15,813 nt of DNA, taken from NCBI GenBank assembly GCA_046757165.1, contig JBHHXT010000106.1:1-15813 (forward strand). Direction: 5' to 3'. Source of the stretch: a bacterium. GTDB taxonomy: Bacteria; Zhuqueibacterota; Zhuqueibacteria; Oceanimicrobiales; Oceanimicrobiaceae. Shown here piece after piece: positions 6,892 through 14,446 of the stretch (its first letter is position 1; each line of letters starts with the position of its first letter). The position numbers and the translations under genes were made by a program. A model generated the notes under the pieces. That model had not been told where the DNA came from. It was given only the letters and a program-made list of their open reading frames with translations, and searched no databases.

Positions 6892-7308
6892 TCATCTCTC
6901 AAAGAAATGCTTCTCAGAAAGCGTTTCGACAATTCTCTGGAACGCTTTTCTGTTGATCGGCTTGACAATATACCCGTCCATTCCCGCTTCGATGCACTCT
7001 TTGACAATATCTTTGGGCTCGGTTGCGGTCAGGGCGATGATCGGGATGTGACGCCTTGTGTGTGTCTCTCGTCGACGAATGATGGACGTGGCCTCCACGC
7101 CATCCAGCTCAGGCATCTGCATGTCCATCAGAATGAGATCATAGTCACGCTCCTTGACCAATTTTATCGCTTCAAAGCCGTCGGATGCGGTGCCGACATC
7201 ATATCCTGATTTTTCAAGAAAGCGTTTGGCCAGGCTCTGACTGCAGGCACTGTCTTCGACCACGAGCACCTTCAGCCGCTGATTGTTTGGGGGCGTGTAT
7301 GTTTGCAT
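6892..7308 (-). CDS. Single-domain response regulator (receiver only)
   Basis: VLVVED, phosphoacceptor ILMDMQMPELDG, IIALTA and GYIVKP motifs. ATG 7308 is preferred over the track start at 7416, which lies inside a REP-like repeat. Confidence 0.88.
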   Translation of the reverse strand: MQTYTPPNNQRLKVLVVEDSACSQSLAKRFLEKSGYDVGTASDGFEAIKLVKERDYDLILMDMQMPELDGVEATSIIRRRETHTRRHIPIIALTATEPKDIVKECIEAGMDGYIVKPINRKAFQRIVETLSEKHFFER

Positions 7309-7371
7309 ATCTGAGCTTAGGGCCTGTGCATTATTAATTTGGCATTTTGAAAATGCATAGTAACATTGAAT

Positions 7372-7433
7372 CGTAGCCCCGACCCCTTGTGGGTCGCTTC
7401 TCCGATGATACCCCACAAGGGGGTATGGCTACG
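7372..7433. repeat. Inverted pair of GTAG-type REP elements (REPIN-like doublet)
   Basis: Left unit GTAGCC-CCGACCC-CTTGT-GGGTCG; right unit (reverse complement) GTAGCC-ATACCCC-CTTGT-GGGGTAT. Each has a GTAG head plus a hairpin with the same CTTGT loop. Confidence 0.7.
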
Positions 7434-7514
7434 GTGAAATACCATCTTATTATTTTGCGTAGGCGCGTTAGGTACAGGTTGCTTTATCCCCTACTATCGA
7501 CATTCTATTTTCTT

Positions 7515-8822
7515 TTATAAGTTTTCACGGCATTTTTTCAAGTTCACACAAATAATCTCAAACTGATTCCGGATAAATAGCCGGCCGTTTGCCAGAGAGG
7601 GGGGCGTCCAACATTTGCCCTTTTTGACGATTTTGGCCTTCGCTTTTTCCCGGTAGCCTTTTTCAGAAGCCTGCACCAGCAACAATTTGCCGCGTTCGCC
7701 CAGGACAATCAATTGCCCGTCCGCATAGATGAGATTGCCTCGGCCGATGCCTGTTTTTTTCCATTTCTGTTTGCCATCGGCGGCGTCAACACATTTGAGG
7801 CTCCCTTTGTCGAAGCCGTAGATATACCCGTCGTGATAAACAGCAGAGGAGAATTCATTGCGCATCACCTTGTTGCGCCAGACCTCATCCACGTGCAATT
7901 TGCCACCAGAGGTGTTTATTTGCCAGAGGGAAGCGCCCTTATTGTAACCGGATGAAATGAAAATCCTGTTGTTTGCAAGGAAAATGGGCGCCATGACATT
8001 GGCACCGTTGCGAGTTACCCAGGGAACGCCCCAGACCAGATCGCCAGTCGGAGAGACGGCAATGAGCTGGCTGGCGGTAAAGATGATGATCTGCCTGTAC
8101 CCGTGTGAGGTGACCGCGATAGGCGATGAATACCCCGGCTGGTCTTTCAGGTATTCTAAGCCGTGGTTGTGGTTGAGCACATGGGTGCCGGTTCGCCATA
8201 CCACGGTGCCGTCGTACTTGTTGAATGCGACGACGGAGTTGCCAGAGACGTCGCCGATTTCCATGATCAGCAGGTCCTTTTCTATCATAGGTGAAGTCGC
8301 AAATCCATATTTCGGGATGCCGGTTCGGAAACTTTCTCTTAGATCAATCTGCCAGATACGCTTCTTGTCGGAAGCGCGCAGGGCGTACAGTTTACCTTTG
8401 GCGCTCAGGAGATAAACCCGATCGTCGTCAACAGTCGGCGTCGACCGGGGGCCGCTGCCGTGCTGGTTCAGATAGATCTTGTCTGTTGTAAAACGCCACA
8501 CCTCCAGGCCGGCCTCAACATCCAGGCAGAGCGCAAATTCATGGTCGCCCTCCGAGTACATGGTATAGAGGTACTCGTCGACCACGGCAATGCCGGAGTA
8601 GCCACTTCCAATTTCAACGCGCCACAGCACTTCCGGCCCTGACTTCGGAAAGGTCTCGATCAGGTCGGTCTCTTTTGAGCAGCCATCGCGATTAGGCCCG
8701 CGCCACTGCGGCCACTTATGCGAGGTTTTCTCGATACGGTCCTTGGCGAGTGCTGTCTGACCGACAGCGCCAAAACTCAAGATTTGAAGGAGAAATCCTC
8801 CAAGAATGATCAATGTCCCCAT
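7515..8822 (-). CDS. Exported PQQ-binding-like beta-propeller repeat protein (BamB/PQQ_2-like)
   Basis: WPQWRGPNRDG N-terminal signature, GPRSTPTV and GYSSP, repeated G..xW blade ends, and CWTPPSLANGRLFIRN. ATG 8822 gives a signal peptide (MGTLIILGGFLLQILSFGAVGQTALA); the track start at 8954 is probably too long. Confidence 0.88.
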   Translation of the reverse strand: MGTLIILGGFLLQILSFGAVGQTALAKDRIEKTSHKWPQWRGPNRDGCSKETDLIETFPKSGPEVLWRVEIGSGYSGIAVVDEYLYTMYSEGDHEFALCLDVEAGLEVWRFTTDKIYLNQHGSGPRSTPTVDDDRVYLLSAKGKLYALRASDKKRIWQIDLRESFRTGIPKYGFATSPMIEKDLLIMEIGDVSGNSVVAFNKYDGTVVWRTGTHVLNHNHGLEYLKDQPGYSSPIAVTSHGYRQIIIFTASQLIAVSPTGDLVWGVPWVTRNGANVMAPIFLANNRIFISSGYNKGASLWQINTSGGKLHVDEVWRNKVMRNEFSSAVYHDGYIYGFDKGSLKCVDAADGKQKWKKTGIGRGNLIYADGQLIVLGERGKLLLVQASEKGYREKAKAKIVKKGKCWTPPSLANGRLFIRNQFEIICVNLKKCRENL

Positions 8823-9022
8823 GGATTGCACGGCGCCCTTTTTGTAGCAACTGGTGATGAAGTTGGGAAGCAGTATGAATGATAATACAGCATGGCAACA
8901 ATAATATTCCAGCCGGTTGCGACAGACTCCGGAAGGGAAATGGCCGCTCCCCACTCCTTCAGTGTTTTGAGAGAACGGAACTTGTCTCTTACTCTACAAG
9001 TACGAAACGTAGATCCTATGCC

Positions 9023-9051
9023 ATCTTAAGAAATATACTAAGGCCGGTCAA
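9023..9051 (-). promoter_or_regulatory. Candidate sigma70 promoter for the PQQ-like propeller gene
   Basis: TTGACC-N17-TAAGAT on the minus strand, within the divergent intergenic region. Confidence 0.5.
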
Positions 9052-9129
9052 AGTTGTGCCGATCTTTTATGTTAAAAAATGGACATCTAAACCGGTCACA
9101 CAGGACCACAATTTCTTGCTAATGGACGG

Positions 9130-11088
9130 ATGAACAGAACGATACGACACGGGTTTGGGTGGATGTTTTTGATGGCGAACCTGTGCGCTCACCTGACTTT
9201 GATGGCACAGGAAACGGAATTTTTTCGTGGAAACCTTCAGGCGCCGAACGGCAGCGCCGAGTGCAATCCATGTGTTGAAAGCGTCCTTCAGTCCATCAAT
9301 ACCCTGCGGAATCACGGCACGACGCTCGGGTTCAATTGGGGGGACAATTATCCCGAAGTCAAAGGAGCCGGCACCAAGAGCCACTGGCAAGGGGTGCAGC
9401 GCATGCCGATGATGGGCCTTGAATTTCCTTTCATCGTGGTCTGCTCTTCGCACCGCGACCAGATTTTCAGACCGAACGGACAGACGCAAACTGTTTCAGG
9501 GCCAGCACACTTTGCCGTCGTCGAGATGGCTTCGCGCCGCAACAACGTTGGCCGCAGGTTACGCTCCAACCGGTTGGCGGTCGGCGTCGTGACTCGTTTT
9601 GTGCCGCCCGATGCGCTGGATCGCATCGTCAAAGCCCACGCCATCACGCCTGATTTTGACCACCCTGGCGGCATGCAGGCCATCGGCAAGTACCTGCTGG
9701 TCGGCACAGACGGCAACATCGAGCATAACCGTGACGTCGCGGAAATCAGTCTGTGGGATATGGCGGACCCCTCTTCTCCCCGCGCTGTCTGGACTGAACC
9801 CAATTGGGAGCTGCCTTTCCGCAACGCGAATTCCGTCGGTATCACACGCCTCGAGGATGGCAGATATCTTATCGTGCGCGCGCTGACAGATGCTAAAGAG
9901 CTGGAATTCTACCTCTTGAGCGACAGTCTCGAAGACAACCCGGCAGCGTACCACAATGGGGTGGTATATGATAGATGGCATTATCAAGAGCTTGAGTCCG
10001 AGCTGTTCAATCCCGATAGTACGCTCGATCTCAATTGGGCCGACCTTGGCAGTATTTTTGGCGATGTTGGTTATCAGAGCACCAATCTGGTGACTGAATG
10101 TGTCACCGGAACGCTGTATCTGGTTTGCTCTCACGGCCGAAGACCACAAGGGTTCGGCGGGGATGATTTCGTCGATGCTTATCGCCTGGACGTGCCTGTC
10201 GACCCACCAGACCCGGATTTGCCAGGACATGGAGTCGTCATCACCAAGGTGGCGAAACGGCATATGTTTCCCAGTGGCAACGCTCAGTCCCGGCAAGGGG
10301 ACTTGCAGGCTGCTGGCGGGTCATATGTGAGTCCGGACAACAAGCTCTATTATTACGCGACCGAGCATGGCCAGAGCGGAGATGGTGGCTTTGTGAAGAT
10401 GATCGAGTTCGCGCCGGCCGAGGCCATGTCGGAGGTTCGGTTTATCGAGGACGCCTGGGTCGAGCTGTACGATCGCAAAGATTTCGATGGTCGCTCGATT
10501 ATCCTCGACTATGCGGACCGCCATCTGCGCGACTACGCGAGTTTTAGCAACATAGAGGAGTTTGATAATCTCGCTTCCTCCGTGCTCTATGCCATCCCGG
10601 TGGGATACAAGATACGGATTTTTGCCGGACAGGGTGGCGAAGGCGGCTACCTGGACCTGATGGGCAGCGGGAGTGTCAACCGTATCGCTGACCTGGGAAC
10701 CGTGGTGCTCAGCACGGGAGAGAGCGCCAACAACCGGTTCAGCTCAGCGGAGTGGATCTCGAGCGTCACGGCAGCAGAGCATGAAGCAGAGGTGGGGCAA
10801 CTGTTGCCCTCTTCTTTTGAACTCTACCAGAACTACCCCAATCCCTTCAACCCGGAAACCATCATCAATTATCAGGTCAACATGGACGCCCTGATCAGGA
10901 TAGCGGTCTACGATATCAAAGGGCAGCTCATCAAGATCCTGGTCGAACAGCAGCAGGGGCCCGGCTTCTATTCGTTAACCTGGGATGGCACGGACGAATT
11001 CGGCAGCAAGGTGGCGAGCGGCACCTATCTCTACCGCCTGGAGGTGCAAGAGTTCGTGCAGACCAAGAAACTCACGCTTCTGCGCTAG
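9130..11088 (+). CDS. Secreted protein: uncharacterised N-terminal domain, beta/gamma-crystallin-like domain, and FlgD-Ig/T9SS-like C-terminal sorting domain
   Basis: Signal peptide ending LMA-Q. Crystallin-like region about 10450-10755 (WVELYDRKDFDG, FDNLASS, ANNRFSS). C-terminus FELYQNYPNPFNPET...WDGTDEFGSKVASGTYLYRL...KKLTLLR. Confidence 0.88.
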   Translation: MNRTIRHGFGWMFLMANLCAHLTLMAQETEFFRGNLQAPNGSAECNPCVESVLQSINTLRNHGTTLGFNWGDNYPEVKGAGTKSHWQGVQRMPMMGLEFPFIVVCSSHRDQIFRPNGQTQTVSGPAHFAVVEMASRRNNVGRRLRSNRLAVGVVTRFVPPDALDRIVKAHAITPDFDHPGGMQAIGKYLLVGTDGNIEHNRDVAEISLWDMADPSSPRAVWTEPNWELPFRNANSVGITRLEDGRYLIVRALTDAKELEFYLLSDSLEDNPAAYHNGVVYDRWHYQELESELFNPDSTLDLNWADLGSIFGDVGYQSTNLVTECVTGTLYLVCSHGRRPQGFGGDDFVDAYRLDVPVDPPDPDLPGHGVVITKVAKRHMFPSGNAQSRQGDLQAAGGSYVSPDNKLYYYATEHGQSGDGGFVKMIEFAPAEAMSEVRFIEDAWVELYDRKDFDGRSIILDYADRHLRDYASFSNIEEFDNLASSVLYAIPVGYKIRIFAGQGGEGGYLDLMGSGSVNRIADLGTVVLSTGESANNRFSSAEWISSVTAAEHEAEVGQLLPSSFELYQNYPNPFNPETIINYQVNMDALIRIAVYDIKGQLIKILVEQQQGPGFYSLTWDGTDEFGSKVASGTYLYRLEVQEFVQTKKLTLLR

Positions 11089-11101
11089 CCTCGCATTCCC
11101 A

Positions 11102-12457
11102 TCATTTGCCAGCCAACAAATCCAGGGCAGCCGCGGACATGGCCTTGACGCCCGTTTTGATCGTCGGCTCCGCGTCTGGTGCAAACAAGTTCGAGTGCAA
11201 CGAAGGCAGCGGCTGGCTACGCTTCTTGCTTTCGGCGATGACTTCGGGCTTTACAGCGCCAAGCCAGAATATATGAATCGGAATCTCCGGGCTCACGCGG
11301 CCATAGCGGCCAAAATCTTCGCCGCCCATCACGGGCTCAGCGCTGAGAACGTTCTCCTGTCCCAAAATCGTCCGTGTCGCTCGGGCCACCCGGCGTGCCA
11401 GCTCAGGATCGTTGTAGGTGGCAGGCGTGAACCCCTCGCGCACCTTCATCGTCGGTAGTCTGTCTTCGGGCACGCCAGCAGCGAGCGCAATGCCTGTGGA
11501 GATTCGCTCGATCGCGGCCAGGGTTTGATTGCGTACTTCGTCTGAATAGGAACGCAGAGTGAGCTGCAGCTCGACTTCGTCTGGGATGATATTGTGTTTG
11601 GTGCCGCCATGAATCGCGCCCACGGTGACGACTGCCGGCTCCACCGGTTTGATTTCCCTGCTGACAATCGTTTGCAGTGCCAGCACGATCTGCGCCGCGA
11701 TCACAACCGGGTCTTTGGTCGTATGGGGGTAGGCGCCATGCCCGCCGAGGCCGCGGATTTTCAGGTCGACGAAATCAACGTTGGCAAGAGCATACCCCTC
11801 ACAAATCCCAATCGTCCCGGCTGCCATGCTGGCGTTTGCGTGCAGGGCCAGGCAGTAATCCGGCCTCGGGAAGCGGGTGAACAGCCCGTCCTCCAGCATG
11901 GCCCGGGCGCCCAGGCCGATTTCCTCCGCTGGCTGCCCAATCATGACCAGCGTTCCGCGCCATCTGTCTCTCAGCTTGCTCAGCATCCTCGCTGTGCCAA
12001 CGAAGACCGTCATGTGCACGTCGTGGCCACACGCGTGCATGACCCCGACCTCAGTGCCCTGCGGGTCGAGGGTGCGTACCCGGCTGGCATATGCCAGCCC
12101 CGTTTTTTCCTCGATCGGCAGCGCGTCCAGGTCGGTGCGGACCAGCACCGTGGGGCCATCGCCGTTGTTGAGCACCCCCACCAGGCCATGTCCGCCCACC
12201 TTTCGCGTGATCTCAAATCCCAGGTCTTTCAGCTCTGCGCTCAGCCGGTCAGCCGTCTTTGCCTCGTTGCGGGAAAGCTCGGGATTGAGATGCAGGTGTT
12301 CGTACAAACTGGCCAGATAGGAATAGTCTTGCTCGACTCCCTGCAGGATTCGGTTCACCGGCGCAGAATGGTCGCCGTTCTGCGCAGAGGTCCTGCTGCC
12401 GATATTTACACAGCATGAAACCAGCAGGATCAGGATATTTCGGTACCGGATCGCCAT
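11102..12457 (-). CDS. M20 family amidohydrolase (M20D/hippurate hydrolase-like), probably exported
   Basis: HLNPELS, RTDLDALP, MHACGHDVH, QPAEE, GGHGAYPH, GGEDF and LHS motifs. ATG 12457 follows GGAGGGAG and is followed by a signal-peptide-like stretch. Confidence 0.93.
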   Translation of the reverse strand: MAIRYRNILILLVSCCVNIGSRTSAQNGDHSAPVNRILQGVEQDYSYLASLYEHLHLNPELSRNEAKTADRLSAELKDLGFEITRKVGGHGLVGVLNNGDGPTVLVRTDLDALPIEEKTGLAYASRVRTLDPQGTEVGVMHACGHDVHMTVFVGTARMLSKLRDRWRGTLVMIGQPAEEIGLGARAMLEDGLFTRFPRPDYCLALHANASMAAGTIGICEGYALANVDFVDLKIRGLGGHGAYPHTTKDPVVIAAQIVLALQTIVSREIKPVEPAVVTVGAIHGGTKHNIIPDEVELQLTLRSYSDEVRNQTLAAIERISTGIALAAGVPEDRLPTMKVREGFTPATYNDPELARRVARATRTILGQENVLSAEPVMGGEDFGRYGRVSPEIPIHIFWLGAVKPEVIAESKKRSQPLPSLHSNLFAPDAEPTIKTGVKAMSAAALDLLAGK

Positions 12458-12508
12458 AACTCTCCCTCCACCGTTTCGTGAGGTTTGTCTGTAAAATTGA
12501 ATAGCTAT

Positions 12509-12537
12509 AGGATAAGAAAGTGCGACCAAAATGTCAA
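12509..12537 (-). promoter_or_regulatory. Sigma70 promoter candidate for the M20 amidohydrolase
   Basis: TTGACA-N17-TATCCT with a perfect -35. It overlaps the track start at 12529, which supports the true start at 12457. Confidence 0.65.
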
Positions 12538-12625
12538 CGATTTGCAGGAAACGACAGAGAAATAGCTTGCATCAATACACGAAAAGTGTTAAATCTTACA
12601 AGAGCTATTCGCCACCTGCTCGAGG

Positions 12626-14446
12626 ATGGCGAGGCTGGCACAGGCCAACGAAGTAACGAAAGTTGTTCTCCAGAAGGCTGACATTCAGCTAATCGACCAA
12701 GATCCGCCTTCTTGGTTTTTGACTCCCATTTTCGGAAGCAACCTTGTGGTTAAGGATGAGCACACACTGAATTCGTCTCGGGCACGTTCCTGTAGGAAAA
12801 CTCTTGCAGGCTGCTTGTTGGTGCTTGCGGTTTTCTGGTCAGGCTTGCTCTCGGCACAATCCAGCCTCACCGTGCCGGTTGAAGATCCGGCCTATTTTCA
12901 TCTCAGAAACCTGATTACCTCTGGCCTGGTTTCATCGGCCATTGCCGGTACGCGCCCTTTTACGCGTGCCGAATTCGCCAGATTGATTCATGAGGCAAAC
13001 AGGACCCTTGCGGAACAAAACCAGAACGCGGTCTGTGCACAAGCACAGGCCTCCCTGGCCTATCTGTCAAGCCGGTTCGCGAATGCCCCGGTATCCTGCA
13101 CCGCAGACGATGGCCGGCGTGTGCAGTTCCGGAGAAAGCTATTCGATTGGGTGGGAATCGAGCTTCTAAACTATAACGCGCCGGCGCGCCGGCTTTCGGA
13201 TACCACCATTGCGGCAGAAATCCAACCCCTGACGGCTTACCGCGATGGCCGCACCTACTTCCAGGGCCAAAATGTCGCCATAGAAACCGGCCATGCCCTG
13301 GAGATCGGCCACGCCGCAAGCTTCTACTACCAGGGTCGAGTACTGTTGACTCATCCTGCCAACGCATTGGGCTTGAAAGACAGGGTGGACTTCGAAACAC
13401 TCCGCATGTACGTGCAATTCAGCAAATGGAACATCAATCTGCTCATCGGCAAAGATAGCATCATCTGGGGCACCGGTTCAAAGGGCAACCTCATCTTGAG
13501 CAGAAATGCCCGGCCGGTCGGCTCGTTCAACACCCTGCCGCTCATCAAACTGTCGAATCGTTTGCCGGTGAGGCTGCCATGGTTATTTAAATCGTTGGGG
13601 CGCATGCGCTATGAGCTTTTTGTCGCCAGGCTGGGGCGTGACCGGGACGATTTCGCCAGACCTTACTTCATCGGCAAGCGTTTGAATTTCAAACCCGGCA
13701 GAACCACTGAATTCGGACTCAGCCATGCGTTCATTTTGGGCGGAAAGAACTTTCCCGTCTCTTTCACTTTCTGGGATGCGCTGGCGGAATTCTTCTTCAG
13801 TCGCGTGAAGCAGAAATTCATTTTCAACATTGGGTTCGACGAATTGCAGGCCGAAAACAATATCGCCAACCATTTCATGGGGGTTGATTTCTTGATTCGC
13901 TTGCCGCGTCTACGAAATACAGAGGTGTTCAGCGAAGTTTATTTCGATGACATCACGTTCAATTTGCAAAAAACCTTCGACCGTAATCTGGGCTATTACG
14001 GTGGAATTTATATCCCGCGGCTCACTTCGACTGGACAGGTCTCCGTGCGCATGGAATTCAGCCACACCTCGACCATTTTCTACACGGGGAGCGCCCCCCT
14101 GATTGCGGGGTTTACCTACAACCGGCGAATTTTGGGAAGCGAGCTGGGGCCGCGTGCAAACGAGGTTTTTGTTGAAACGGGGTTCCGGCCAAATCTTCAG
14201 ACAGAGTGGTCGCTGTCGGTTGACTTTCAGAAGCGAGGAGCAGAGCGCGGTGCAAGAGAGGCGGGAGCCTTCGTCGATGAAAACCGCCTCATTTTCGGGG
14301 TACGGTTGACCAGGCAGGTGCGCCGCGACCTGAATGTCACGCTTGACCTGCGCTATCAGCGCATCCAGGCATTTGCTCATCTAAAAGGCGACAACCGGGA
14401 CACCTATCTGGCGGGAGTGTCTTTTCATTTCACGCCAACAAAATGA
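12626..14446 (+). CDS. Capsule assembly Wzi-family outer-membrane beta-barrel protein (true start probably about 120-140 nt downstream)
   Basis: RPFTRAEFARLI and IGKDSIIWGTGSKGNLILSRNARP match Wzi-family patterns; alternating beta-strands at the C-terminus (YLAGVSFHF). The signal peptide only appears at about aa 55-77, so the N-terminal start is uncertain. Confidence 0.75.
   Translation: MARLAQANEVTKVVLQKADIQLIDQDPPSWFLTPIFGSNLVVKDEHTLNSSRARSCRKTLAGCLLVLAVFWSGLLSAQSSLTVPVEDPAYFHLRNLITSGLVSSAIAGTRPFTRAEFARLIHEANRTLAEQNQNAVCAQAQASLAYLSSRFANAPVSCTADDGRRVQFRRKLFDWVGIELLNYNAPARRLSDTTIAAEIQPLTAYRDGRTYFQGQNVAIETGHALEIGHAASFYYQGRVLLTHPANALGLKDRVDFETLRMYVQFSKWNINLLIGKDSIIWGTGSKGNLILSRNARPVGSFNTLPLIKLSNRLPVRLPWLFKSLGRMRYELFVARLGRDRDDFARPYFIGKRLNFKPGRTTEFGLSHAFILGGKNFPVSFTFWDALAEFFFSRVKQKFIFNIGFDELQAENNIANHFMGVDFLIRLPRLRNTEVFSEVYFDDITFNLQKTFDRNLGYYGGIYIPRLTSTGQVSVRMEFSHTSTIFYTGSAPLIAGFTYNRRILGSELGPRANEVFVETGFRPNLQTEWSLSVDFQKRGAERGAREAGAFVDENRLIFGVRLTRQVRRDLNVTLDLRYQRIQAFAHLKGDNRDTYLAGVSFHFTPTK

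Noticed and set aside
7309..7416. N-terminal extension of the receiver ORF
   Set aside because: It starts inside the REP doublet and is not receiver-like.
7457..7494. Possible second degenerate GTAG...CTAC repeat
   Set aside because: No convincing internal stems, so too weak to call.
9348..10296. Minus-strand ORFs 9348..9845 and 9559..10296
   Set aside because: Antisense to the secreted protein, with no motifs.
11594..12418. 274-aa + strand ORF
   Set aside because: Antisense shadow of the M20 amidohydrolase.
12458..12529. N-terminal extension of the M20 ORF
   Set aside because: It overlaps the TTGACA-N17-TATCCT promoter, and a good RBS precedes ATG 12457.
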